Source: an uncultured Methanosarcinales archaeon
GTDB lineage: Archaea > Nanobdellota > Nanobdellia > Woesearchaeales > JACPBV01
DNA length: 39,319 nt
Direction: 5' to 3'
NCBI GenBank assembly: GCA_964577685.1
Contig: CAZNZT010000006.1
Location: forward strand, 1-39,319
Made by a program: the position numbers and the translations under genes. The notes beneath the pieces were generated by a model. That model saw nothing but the letters and a program-made list of their open reading frames with translations, ran no database searches and was not told the DNA's origin. Below are positions 11,001 through 19,143 of the stretch, one piece after another (the first letter of the stretch is position 1; the number at the start of each line of letters is the position of its first letter).

Positions 11001-14000
11001 TATACATAAATGCTACAATTAATAACGGAGCACTAAACATAACAGATAACCTATTCACAAACCTAGGTGTAGGAATATATAATAAAAGCCTATCAAGTCA
11101 AAAACCACCAGAAACAAACTTTAATGCTTATTATAATGTTACAAACAACACAATAAACATAACACAAGGCATAAACTCAACCAATCTAAGCTACAATCCA
11201 TATAATAGATCAGCAACATATGGTTTATATTTCCTAAACCAAAGTTCATACGCTGTTGACAATGGGAGCAGGAATGCCTCAGAAGCAGGATTAGACCTCT
11301 TCTTTACTGGAGAAAAGCAGGATTCTGGTATAGTGGACATAGGATTCCACTATGCAAAATCTGCAAGTGGTAAAGAGCCAGTAACTCCGGTTGTATTAGA
11401 ATATCTTCTTGAACCATATGTTATGGCATGGAATGAAACAGCAGAAAAGATACACCTAAGAACAAATCTGGTTGTGAATGTTACAATTGAGTATGGCTTA
11501 ACCCAAAGTTATGGCTCCAAAGTAGAAGAATCTACACTAAAAAAGGAACATGAATTAACTATAACTGGCCTTACAGCAAACACTCAATACTATTACAAGG
11601 TTATAGTCCAACATCTAATGTCCAACGGCACAATACTAAAGAATGATACATTCAATTCAACATTCAAAACAGCAGACAACTCAAAAACAAGCTTTAGCTT
11701 TGCTATTTTAGGAGACACAAGAGGGGATGCCTGTGGTGAACTAGCTCCAAAGTTCAAGACCTTAATTGATGAAATCTCAAAGAAAGGTGTTGACTTTATT
11801 GTTATGTTAGGTGATGATATAAGAGCAGATATTAGCTGTAGCAACGATGACCTTTACTGGGAAAACTTCCACAATATAACAAAGACCACTAGAAAAAATA
11901 CATCAATGCTCTCGGCAATCGGAAATCATGAAGACCCCAGCAGGAGTGCAGCAAGAATATCATGGAGGAAGTACTGGATACATCCAGTAAACGGAAATGG
12001 AACACAAGATGAATGGAACGAGACAACATTCTACTGGAGATATGGCAATTCCTTATTCATATTCCTAAACACAGAAGAAACCACCAACACAGGAAATATT
12101 AGTGGAAACCAATTCCATTGGTTCAATCAAACCCTAAGACAAGGATGTTATACACATAAGTTTGTCTTTGCCCACAGGCCACTAGTAGGTTCAAACAGAA
12201 GTGGAACATTACCAATAGAAGACAAAACATGGTCAGAAACACTCGATAACTTAATGTACAATAGTGGGGTAACAGCAGCATTCTATGGCCATAACCACAA
12301 CTATTGCTACAATACAACCCACAATGGAGATATGCTCCACATAACAACGGGTGGTGGAGGTGCTCCACTTTACTCAGACTACTGTGCAGGGCTTATGGAA
12401 ACACAACACAACTATATCATAGTAAATGTTTCTGGCAACTCAATAAACGGTACAGTGTATAACGAAACTGGAAATGTCATCCACACATTCAGTAGAGGGC
12501 TTACACAAAATCCAACATATTCAAACTTCCAGAATAATGCTACTGCAGATACTAAGATAAATGGTGTTGTTAACTGGAGTATTAACTTATCGGATAATAC
12601 TGGGTTAGACTATTATAGGTTTGCTCATAACCAGAGTGGGACATTGACTAATGTAAGCCTAGTTAATATCTCTGGAACTAACTACTTTGCTAATTATACC
12701 TTAACTGTTACCTTGTCTAGAGGTAATTATATCTGTGGACAGTTCTGGTTTAATGACAGCTGTGGTAATATTAATCAGACTGGACTAAGTTGCTTTACAG
12801 TTGCTAACTCTATACCTTCAGCACCAAATATTATCTATCCTGTTGATGGTCAGATTTATTCTAGCATTGATTATATTAATTATTCTAGCATAGATGCAGA
12901 TAATGATGTTATAACATACTATGGCTATATTAACAACTCACTTAACTTTACCACTGCTGTAAACATTACATACTGGAATGCCTCTAGCGGTTATTATGTC
13001 TTGAATGTGTCTGCGTATGATGGTTATGACTATTCTGGCAATAGTTCTATAAGCTTTGGTTTAGATACAACAGCACCTACAATAAGTGCTATAACAGATT
13101 CCCCGGACCCACAAGGCTATGGATTAAATGTTACAATAAAAGCCACTGTCAATGACAATGACAGAGACACAGTATTAGTTGAAATAACAAAACCAGATGG
13201 TTCATCTATGAACTATACTATGGACAATGTTTCTACTGATTATTATTACAATTATACCACATGGACAAATGGAACATACTCCTACAAAATATACGCGAAT
13301 GACACAGCAGGTAACTGGATTGGTAGTTCAACCTATAACTTCGATGTGCTAGTTAACCTCACAATGCAGCTAAAAACACTAAAGGACTTCTACAAAGCAA
13401 ATGAGATAGTCAATCTAACAAACATAACAGCAGCAGAAACAAACCAAAGCAAATTGCAGAATAATGGAACTACCAACACAACACTGTATTTATTATTACA
13501 AATACAAAAATGGAATGGTTCTGCTTGGAATGAAACATGGACATTATACAACAGCACAGCCCCAATAATAATCAACAATACTGCAGCTCTTGGGAATATT
13601 ATTGCCTTTGACAAACTATTTAATGGAAAATGGAATACAACAAAAAATGGAACTAGTGAGGGTTATTATAGAGCCTATGCAGCAGCATTAGATAATGAAT
13701 CTAATGTTTTGGCAGATATAGAGGGCTACTTAAATGCCACTTATAACTTTACAATAGACACCACAAAGCCAGATGTCACCCTAAACAAACCAACTGATGG
13801 CCTAATAACAGTAAACACAAACATAAACTTCAACTGGACTGTTACAGATAACCTTGATACAAATCTAACATGTAATATTACAATTAATGGAACTGTTAAT
13901 GTTTCAAATATACCAAGTCTAAATGGAAGCTTTACAAATTATACTGTACATAATTTCTCAGAAGGAGATTATATCTGGAATGTAACATGCTGGGATGATG

Positions 14001-17000
14001 CTATGAATGTTAATGTTTCGGAAACAAGGAACTTTAGCGTGGATACATCAGGACCAATAATAAATGATGTAAGTGCCTCACCCACAGTACAAGGCTATGG
14101 CTTTAATATCACAATAAGAGCAAATTCAACAGATAGGATGGGTGTAAACTCTACCCTAGTTGAAATTACACCACCAGGAGGAACTCCAACAAACTATACA
14201 ATGAACAACACTATAGGCGATACTTATGAATACAATTATACTGGCTGGAAGAATGGAACATATACTTATAAGATATATTCCAATGACAGTGGAGGGCACT
14301 GGGAATTTAGTTCAGTATATAACTTTGAAGTATATAACGACAACATTACTGTCCAAATCAGAACCTTGAGAAACTCATACAAAAGCGGACAGACAATTAA
14401 TCTGACTGATCCTCCTGGAGAGGATAATCTGATTAAATACTTATCCAAAGCAAACACCAAAGACAAACCAAACATATCTAATGCCTATGTAAAGCCAACA
14501 GATGTAAGACCAGGAGATAAAATGTTAGTAAGTGCTGATATTTATGACCCTGTTGGGATAAGAAAAGTTACTGCTGAGATGCCTCATGAGAAAGGCATTG
14601 ATGTTTTAAATATGGAGTTGGTTGAAGGTGATAAATATAATGGAACTTGGCAGAATATCTGGAATGTTCATGATACTTTAGAGAAGAATTATACTACTAT
14701 TATTAGAGCTGAAAACGAATTAGGGAAAGTTAGTAAGGGGATGGTGGGGTGGAGGGATAGTGCAAGTCATATAACTTACTATAATTATTCTATTACAATA
14801 GATAAATCAGCATATGAGAATTTAGGAATTCCAAACTCACCATCTGATTATGATTCTGCTGCAACAAGTGGTGATTATAGTAATTTAGCTGCGAGTGATA
14901 ATTCAAGATGGAATACTACTTTAGCAACAAGTGATGGAGAATATGATAGCCAGATATTTATATTTAATATAAGTGAAACTATTGCTTCAATAACAGGGTT
15001 AAAAATTACATGGGAAGGTTATGGAGAAATAGAATCAGGATATTATACTAATATTAGTTTCTGGAACTGGACAGCAGAAGAATGGTATGAAGTAAATGCA
15101 ACTGATTTTACTTCTGCGACTGATATGAATATAACAGGAATAATTAGTTCAGGAATAAGTGATTTTATTAATTCTTCAACTAAGCAGGTTGCTGTTTTGG
15201 TTACAACAAAGAAGTATGTTGGTGGGGCGGAGTGTGGGAATGGTGTTATTGAGGGCGATGAAGTGTGTGATAATGGTAATGATAACGGGGATCCTTGTGT
15301 TGGAGGGACCTGTGTTGGGGTTTGTAGTGGGAAACCTCCGGCGAGTGGTAATTGTTATTGTACTACGGAATGTGTATGCACATGGGGATTTTGTGGGTTC
15401 TGCCCATTTTTCTATTCTTGGAATGGCTCTGAATACGTTTATGATACTCAAATAATCTACAAACTTGATTCAAAAGAAAAGGAAACTTTACAATACAGAA
15501 ATATTTCTTATTTAGATACTAGCAATATAATAAAAGGAGTAATAAAAGAAGAGGAATTTGAGACATCCTACATAGATTTGGTTTATTTGGAGGTTACTGA
15601 TTATAGTGAAGATGAAAGAATTAAAACCATTCTAAAACCAATTGATAGCTCAAGAGATTTAGATTTAATTTCAGAATCTGATGATAGATATTTGATAACA
15701 AATCATGGTGACGAAGTTTATGTTGAGTTTGAAAATGCACCAGCATTGAAGGAGGGATTTGAAAGAAAAATAAAAATTGTAGCAGAAGGTTATTATATTA
15801 AATATGATAGAGATAGCAAACAAGACAACCCTCATAATTCACTCTACACAGACTTTATACAATTAAAAGTCACTTATTCTTCGGCACCTGCAGGTATAAC
15901 CTATAATGAATTCAAAAATAACAAAGAAACAACAAACCTGTCAGCATACAACCTAACCACAAACACCAACATCTCAAATCTGATTCTTGCAGAAAACACA
16001 GGAAAGGGAAAAATAAAGTTCCTGAAAAATGTAACAATAAACAATAGCTTTAACCTAGATTCTGCGATTAAGATAGATACAAACAACATAAGCGTAGATG
16101 TATCCTTATACCCAACCCTAAATGTTTCTGCAGAGCTAACAATGAAAGTACCTAATGTTGGTTATCCGAAAATCCTTAAAAACAACATTGAATGTAGTGA
16201 CTGCACAATTATAAGCTGGGACCCATCAATAAAACAAGTTACATTCAATGTTACTGGCTTTAGTGATTATACAGCAGCAGAAGCTAACCAGAGCAAAGTA
16301 CAGAATAACGGAACAAACAATATTTCCTTCTATCTGCTAATGAAAACTGAATACTGGGATGGTTCCTCCTGGAATCTAGAGGATATAATAATAAATGATT
16401 CTGCTTCCGGAGTAATAAGAAGAGTTAATACAGATAGCCTATTAAAGCTTGACACTATATGGAATGCCATGAATTACAGTTCTGATAATTTATCAAATGG
16501 AGAAGGGAAATACAGGGCATATGTCGCTCTAACAGACTCTGATGGAAACATACTAAGTGGCTACGATGGAAACAGCTTACTAGCCACATTTAATTTTACA
16601 TTTGACAATTCATCACCGTATAAGATAGACCTAAACTATCCATCAGATGATGCGATAATTCCGTACAATACTATCTCATTTAACTGGACTGTCTATGATA
16701 ATATTGATACTACCTTAACATGTAACCTAACTATTGACAGTATTGTAGAAGCATCAAATATCCAGAGCAATAATGGAACAATGACAAACTATACCATAAC
16801 AAACCTTGCTGAAGGTGACCACCTATGGAATATAACATGCTGGGATGATGCTATGAATGTTAATGTTTCAGAAACAAGGAACTTCAGCATAAGGGATACT
16901 ATTGCACCAACATGGAAGAATATTAGCACAAACGCATCTAATTCAACAAAGATTAACTATGAAGTATGGTTTGCTGTTAACTGGTCTGACAACAAAGCCC

Positions 17001-17947
17001 TAAACACAAGCATATTCAGCTGGAATGGTACTAATGGAACATGGCAAAATTTCACTCAGGAAATAGGAGGGCTAAAAATATACATCCACAACATAACAAA
17101 AGTAGTCAATCTAACAAGAGACAATGTAATAGGATATATGTTCTATGCAAACGACTCAGACGGAAATATAAACTTTACACCAATATATATATTCAAAGTA
17201 AACAACACCCCACCAACAAGCATTAACTTATCCTACCCAAAAAACAGCACATCAATAACAAACACAACACCAAGGTTTAACTGGACAAACGCAACAGACC
17301 CGGACAATGATACAATATACTATGACTTGTTTATAAGATGTATTGGTGGCTGTTCTGTAGATAACAGGGAAATCTATAACCTAACAGATACCAATTACAC
17401 ACCAAAAGCCCCACTAGAATATTACTCAGATGACAATTACCACTATGAATGGTGGGTAGTACCTCACGACAATACCTCATACGCACCAAACTCATCCAAA
17501 TTTAATTTTTCAATCCAATCGCTAGTCCAGGTAAGCCTGCCAACAAACAAAGTAGAGTTCGGCACCCTCGAACCAAACCAACAAAATGATACTACTGATG
17601 ATAACCCACCACCAATAATAATACAAAACGATGGGAACTGTTACATAAATGTGAATATAACAACAAGCAGCCCCTTATGGAGTTCAATACAAAAACAATC
17701 AAAATACTTCATGTATAAGATAGATAATGTGTCCAGTGAAAAAGGAGCATTTAACTATTCTGCATCAGCAACAACATGGACATATTTCAATCAATCAATA
17801 AACTACACATCGATATACAAGCTAAATTACTCTGATGCAAGAGATTCTGCAGAACTTGACATAAACATAACAGTGCCTCCAAACGAGCCACCTGGAAATA
17901 AGAGCACCTCAATAATAATAACAGGTTATTATGTAAAAATAAAATGA
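2039..17947 (+). CDS. Giant (5302 aa) membrane-anchored multidomain surface protein/adhesin
   Basis: Uninterrupted ORF with an N-terminal TM (about aa 90-110) and very dense N-x-S/T sequons. Modules: propeller-like (~4640-6890), parallel beta-helix NNNTITTSG repeats (~7870-9670), second beta-helix (~10440-11360), FN3 plus metallophosphoesterase (GDTRG, LGDD, GNHE, AHRP, GHNH; ~11400-12500), many Ig-like DT..P repeats, Cys-rich CGNG repeat, C-terminal pilin-like domain. Confidence 0.9.
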   Translation: MQKHTKKLLRKEGKRNIRFWKSIKRELQKDIKLKEKQLRYGAIKRKDFQNFLREEINGRSRKEWIEVCNQNIKSNTQLVRTLGPDLRPPIYISLVLSVFLIITITILNNITFVGYVTKTEQHKYTDELNIEFSKSGEYYWIPKNKGTITSMCISGEVSPEGSVKVYLVTNKTYLIFNNKKPTEEEKIPIGLVISELNISTEDNITEKSNTTREIELNLNQKETTTPKIKAIEVKTKFNWNASQNNLCTKFEIYSKEKQNTNIVCQGSEYCCKFIELKPISDKWNNTFYLNYGRYGTTFNNIISAKIIFVNYSLNPENPFIDIITSNIEKLNITFQKETIKFREECMETWNLPKLDETTYKIIFEINNSRIKIKNITYTIEKETTKKDIPPELIKEIPDITIEKNREYGLDLKEYFKDRDNDSLSYWYNPMENAEIIFNKDIATIIPKENFTGTEYTFIRANDSFFFAVSNVFKIEITEKGTDVTKANISEKLIKPKIIINKPVKWVKIINVSTKVINLTVNISNNALNVSVKEIGIVNKTIDKEKIKVNDKGELKDLIVFESEKRIKQIEKIEDRLKKKKKEYQLDNIKLKEINKKLVKLKNEKNKLTGYVIAPKKRSSLFSLFGKWFEKITGLSILEKTENKTNTTSVIIEDIVDYVAIEYYTEAPISEEENITNGKRITIYSDVHYENITAYTYINDTPRNKIRLYQITNGTRTRVKDINYYDKNNNGLIDYIEWIVPHLSNQTYELIIEISKAEHLDENRTFIEDVYDYVKSRDNNYTLIPSGHYLRVTFYKNLTSDRDITIYARSNETASIEVYVRDGNETIARFENINKEGWYKVYLTNLTHEQDTFDLKVLGGVEIDYVVDPSVISTSTTTNALWTTKTHSLHYANGYYWIVFHNGNDVVIYSSIDGTSWTSQGVVSSLIDTEQSWAVAFDNTDIIVSIGDNSANLIYYRHGTLNNDGTVSWGSEQQVDCDGSADQYNFAEISGSKPLIGGLHGYNNVAPRVYVGSSITDSPSFSEETPSAPPSAPPYTSSPARSPTIIKSGDSDGDFSVFAGFVHTGRSDSKDIQINTYDASTDSWEGWETIVDDDLKNIHPPYKTYDVARDNSGNLHLLYIDLSGNINHKKGTAATPPVWSTISSDVTGLTSHTMLSVTSDNSGNIYLFYDKGDNGIYYRIYDGSNWGNENVLKGADSNTLQSITTSRTVDSNGEVLVAWVEGSSSPYNIRFGKAHYFSSKPTVRVVSYGTLPGGGTPYVTENAIVRNSKGHIAVFYHKYGQIWAAYYNGSGLPTSENDWYHIKLIGNTSDTDGIIANVGLFSYHHDVFIRNDILHFAWNKRERKAAYSWCNVSDDMSAIATTSNWKKADGTQGYDTLPNSLEPGFVSANSNNNPIVISTIYNRITRWNGTDWDSYYSLCPGSYNYGSIVVDGNDMVHVACEMGGDIYYFNTTWENAKSSSGWGSGTIICNKSQNFGMGIISVGKNNNVYVLCDGGGNYLDTVNWKNVSGWQEGTDDNSGHDLIVDFIRSNGGLWGATPDGYIIILGSQHTGVARQYNNRETPPFRTLNYYYGDPEDGFDSPHCIERFQSCDSDELLWVASNGSGVYLFKFETSTGNAWWCSPDTSPPNITAIAPADEYIDTDGNITFKYNTTDDRDIDNCSLVINNKINKTDKTITKDMTQTLNIVLTAGRYTWQINCSDGAGNENSSLARTITIIKLTGFNGTNLSNANISNITNFYIEKPNTAKINFTDSIDLSSGADIDTYVNITHNYVEINSSALPQLNKSATIEFYGLTYLQTPIILRNGEVCTSDICKINSYNSGNLSFNVSSFTSYSSSSNSNLTIWDDTDSTDKYTDEKIYFYANYTNLTSGKSINGTGVYCNISFDVTPYGPFEMIFNSTSLLYEYNRSFSSGGIFNWNVSCNGSSLGYEPLNASDDIEIFSQSQNIDSCQELNQANTIYTLTQNVSTTGTCFNITAYNVTLDCQGHWINYSYDGGNYEYGVYSDQNYTIIKNCNIVEGLTLGDYDFAIYFDGANNGIVENNTIITLGNIGHGVYLNSNSNNNNINNNNIITFGCTGYGIDFDSNSNNNNINNNTITTSGYWGYGIRLSSSSNSNINNNTITTSGSSAEGIYLFSSSNSNINNNTITTSGYWGYGIHLYSSSNNTLNTNTITTSGYGGHGILLYSNSDNNNLNNNTITTSGDFGYGIYLRSSSNNSFNNNTITTSGSSAEGIYLSSHSDNNNLNNNTITTSGSSRFGIDSSFGIYLALSSNNTLTNNSFETSAMSLVVSGSSSSYYNHNIDESNLAKGKPIKYYFNISNQLIENNNSWGELLVTASNNVTIKNITLNVSGILLGLTQNSTIAECDINVSGYGIYFYWTSNLNVENNTITTLEDYSYGLYLDSEVDYTNITQNNITTYGNNSYGIYFGGFSWNNTIKSNRIKINNESTPAIHIVISVIKDNTFYDNIFNITSGDFVYFGAVYNNTWNTTKTAGTNIIGGSYLGGNYWGYLNNTGYSDTCNNTDNDDFCDDPLTLANDNVDYLPLTIPDYTPPTITLIAPANNTLNTTTNTIDFYYNVTDQNNVDNCSLIINNKINKTDTSITKDTTQSITVFLENDNYNWSINCTDTFGNTGESETRNISINAPTDTQAPTINLISPANNTLNDLPGDIDFYYNVSDLNEIVNCSLIINNKINKTAQTPERDTTQSITTNLISGNYNWSINCTDIFGNENSSEWRNITINTAFINVTMCNATLVSVFTKERYKTRVNYSDTLRLFSFKIPTYIYCNMTFEASNDTNYGCLNETNNTAFTVMLYQDLIVTGNLTIEPGVTIKFNDSDDEIIVKDSGNIFADGNSSCFIIFTSKNDNSSGAKIPTASRNASVGDYKTAIRITGSAAVNSIINFTKIFYADTGLNISASLSKEVRNSWFNNTNTSILLNENTSIFNNLITNFLRYGVKIIGDISGNLFIKQNTFDNLGYGYGYGIANKNDTIGIYINATINNGALNITDNLFTNLGVGIYNKSLSSQKPPETNFNAYYNVTNNTINITQGINSTNLSYNPYNRSATYGLYFLNQSSYAVDNGSRNASEAGLDLFFTGEKQDSGIVDIGFHYAKSASGKEPVTPVVLEYLLEPYVMAWNETAEKIHLRTNLVVNVTIEYGLTQSYGSKVEESTLKKEHELTITGLTANTQYYYKVIVQHLMSNGTILKNDTFNSTFKTADNSKTSFSFAILGDTRGDACGELAPKFKTLIDEISKKGVDFIVMLGDDIRADISCSNDDLYWENFHNITKTTRKNTSMLSAIGNHEDPSRSAARISWRKYWIHPVNGNGTQDEWNETTFYWRYGNSLFIFLNTEETTNTGNISGNQFHWFNQTLRQGCYTHKFVFAHRPLVGSNRSGTLPIEDKTWSETLDNLMYNSGVTAAFYGHNHNYCYNTTHNGDMLHITTGGGGAPLYSDYCAGLMETQHNYIIVNVSGNSINGTVYNETGNVIHTFSRGLTQNPTYSNFQNNATADTKINGVVNWSINLSDNTGLDYYRFAHNQSGTLTNVSLVNISGTNYFANYTLTVTLSRGNYICGQFWFNDSCGNINQTGLSCFTVANSIPSAPNIIYPVDGQIYSSIDYINYSSIDADNDVITYYGYINNSLNFTTAVNITYWNASSGYYVLNVSAYDGYDYSGNSSISFGLDTTAPTISAITDSPDPQGYGLNVTIKATVNDNDRDTVLVEITKPDGSSMNYTMDNVSTDYYYNYTTWTNGTYSYKIYANDTAGNWIGSSTYNFDVLVNLTMQLKTLKDFYKANEIVNLTNITAAETNQSKLQNNGTTNTTLYLLLQIQKWNGSAWNETWTLYNSTAPIIINNTAALGNIIAFDKLFNGKWNTTKNGTSEGYYRAYAAALDNESNVLADIEGYLNATYNFTIDTTKPDVTLNKPTDGLITVNTNINFNWTVTDNLDTNLTCNITINGTVNVSNIPSLNGSFTNYTVHNFSEGDYIWNVTCWDDAMNVNVSETRNFSVDTSGPIINDVSASPTVQGYGFNITIRANSTDRMGVNSTLVEITPPGGTPTNYTMNNTIGDTYEYNYTGWKNGTYTYKIYSNDSGGHWEFSSVYNFEVYNDNITVQIRTLRNSYKSGQTINLTDPPGEDNLIKYLSKANTKDKPNISNAYVKPTDVRPGDKMLVSADIYDPVGIRKVTAEMPHEKGIDVLNMELVEGDKYNGTWQNIWNVHDTLEKNYTTIIRAENELGKVSKGMVGWRDSASHITYYNYSITIDKSAYENLGIPNSPSDYDSAATSGDYSNLAASDNSRWNTTLATSDGEYDSQIFIFNISETIASITGLKITWEGYGEIESGYYTNISFWNWTAEEWYEVNATDFTSATDMNITGIISSGISDFINSSTKQVAVLVTTKKYVGGAECGNGVIEGDEVCDNGNDNGDPCVGGTCVGVCSGKPPASGNCYCTTECVCTWGFCGFCPFFYSWNGSEYVYDTQIIYKLDSKEKETLQYRNISYLDTSNIIKGVIKEEEFETSYIDLVYLEVTDYSEDERIKTILKPIDSSRDLDLISESDDRYLITNHGDEVYVEFENAPALKEGFERKIKIVAEGYYIKYDRDSKQDNPHNSLYTDFIQLKVTYSSAPAGITYNEFKNNKETTNLSAYNLTTNTNISNLILAENTGKGKIKFLKNVTINNSFNLDSAIKIDTNNISVDVSLYPTLNVSAELTMKVPNVGYPKILKNNIECSDCTIISWDPSIKQVTFNVTGFSDYTAAEANQSKVQNNGTNNISFYLLMKTEYWDGSSWNLEDIIINDSASGVIRRVNTDSLLKLDTIWNAMNYSSDNLSNGEGKYRAYVALTDSDGNILSGYDGNSLLATFNFTFDNSSPYKIDLNYPSDDAIIPYNTISFNWTVYDNIDTTLTCNLTIDSIVEASNIQSNNGTMTNYTITNLAEGDHLWNITCWDDAMNVNVSETRNFSIRDTIAPTWKNISTNASNSTKINYEVWFAVNWSDNKALNTSIFSWNGTNGTWQNFTQEIGGLKIYIHNITKVVNLTRDNVIGYMFYANDSDGNINFTPIYIFKVNNTPPTSINLSYPKNSTSITNTTPRFNWTNATDPDNDTIYYDLFIRCIGGCSVDNREIYNLTDTNYTPKAPLEYYSDDNYHYEWWVVPHDNTSYAPNSSKFNFSIQSLVQVSLPTNKVEFGTLEPNQQNDTTDDNPPPIIIQNDGNCYINVNITTSSPLWSSIQKQSKYFMYKIDNVSSEKGAFNYSASATTWTYFNQSINYTSIYKLNYSDARDSAELDINITVPPNEPPGNKSTSIIITGYYVKIK
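8200..8830 (+). repeat. Coding tandem repeats (~72-75 nt units) in the beta-helix region
   Basis: AACACAATYACAACTTCWGGA recurs. Blocks ACAACTTCAGGATATTGGGGTTACGGAATC and ACAACTTCAGGAAGCTCTGCTGAGGGAATTTATCTTT each occur twice. Confidence 0.8.
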
Positions 17948-19143
17948 AAAAACAACTTTTACTACTAACAATGGTGTTTTTATTACTTACACCAGTAACA
18001 TTCTCAATCGGAGTAATACCAGGAAGAACAACAATCAACTTTCAGCCAAATTTAGAAAGAGAAATAGAATTCACTATCCTCAACAATGAAAACAAGGACT
18101 TCAAGGCAGCAATTTATGTGAGGGGAGACCTATCAGAATATATTACTCTAGAAAAGACAGAGATAGAATTTGAAAAAAATGAAAAGAGTAAAAAAGCAAG
18201 TTATACCATAAGATTACCAGAAAGCTTTAAAGAACCAGGGCTGCACAAAGCAGATATAATAATAAGAGAAATTAAAAGCACTAACCAAGAAGAACCAATA
18301 GCAATAGGAACAATGGTGGGGGTAATAAGCCAGATTTATGTATATGTACCTTATCCAGGAAAATATCTTATTGCAAAGCTAGATATAGTAAAAGGAAAGG
18401 TAGAAAAGTATGCCCAGTTCTATATTCCACTAATAAATTTCGGAAAAGAGAATATAAATAATGCGAAAGCAGAGATAACAATAAAAGAACCATCAGGAAA
18501 GATAGTTGATAAAATATATACTAACGAAAAGCCAGTTCCTGCTCAAGGAAGGGCAGAGCTAAGTGCAAAACTTGATATAACAAACTATGGTGCTGGAATA
18601 TACATGGCTATTGCAACAGTAACATATGATGGAAAAACAACAACAGCAGAAAATGTATTCTTTATAAAGGACTTCTTCCTTATACCCCTAGATATATCAG
18701 TAAGAGACTTTAAGCTGGGAGAGATAGCAGAATTCAATATCCTAGTAGAAAATATAGGAAACATTGATATAAAGGATGCGTTTTCCATCATGCTATTAGA
18801 TGACTTAGACGGAAATAGCGTTGCAAACATAAAGAGCGAATCAATAGACATAAAAGCCAAGGAAAAGAAAGAGATGCATGCATATTGGGAAACAAAAAAC
18901 ATAAAAGAAGGAGAGTATCTCGGAAAGCTGATTTTAGGTTATGAAAGCAAAACAGATGAAAAACAGATAAAGACAACAGTAACAAAGAACAGCATAAAAA
19001 CAGAAATATTAGGAATAACGGGCCATGCAATAAAAGAGGAAAAACCAGCACCAGAAGGCAACCAAGTATGGATACTCTTAGTAATCCTCCTCGTAATAGT
19101 AAACATTGCATGGTTTATATTTTACTTCATTAAGAAAAAATGA
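17944..19143 (+). CDS. Secreted multi-Ig-like protein with C-terminal TM anchor (paralog of 28833-30023 and the C-terminal part of 22996-24828)
   Basis: Signal peptide; motifs GDLSEYITL, VPYPGKYL, N.GKE.I, YDGK; C-terminal hydrophobic segment plus KKK. Overlaps the giant-gene stop by 4 nt. Confidence 0.8.
   Translation: MKKQLLLLTMVFLLLTPVTFSIGVIPGRTTINFQPNLEREIEFTILNNENKDFKAAIYVRGDLSEYITLEKTEIEFEKNEKSKKASYTIRLPESFKEPGLHKADIIIREIKSTNQEEPIAIGTMVGVISQIYVYVPYPGKYLIAKLDIVKGKVEKYAQFYIPLINFGKENINNAKAEITIKEPSGKIVDKIYTNEKPVPAQGRAELSAKLDITNYGAGIYMAIATVTYDGKTTTAENVFFIKDFFLIPLDISVRDFKLGEIAEFNILVENIGNIDIKDAFSIMLLDDLDGNSVANIKSESIDIKAKEKKEMHAYWETKNIKEGEYLGKLILGYESKTDEKQIKTTVTKNSIKTEILGITGHAIKEEKPAPEGNQVWILLVILLVIVNIAWFIFYFIKKK

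Noticed and set aside
15159..15455. 98-aa alternative-frame + strand ORF
   Set aside because: Explained by the G/T-rich, stop-poor patch inside the giant gene; no RBS or motif.
15401..15838. Canonical Hint intein annotation
   Set aside because: Blocks A, B and F are not recognisable; kept only as a hypothesis in findings.
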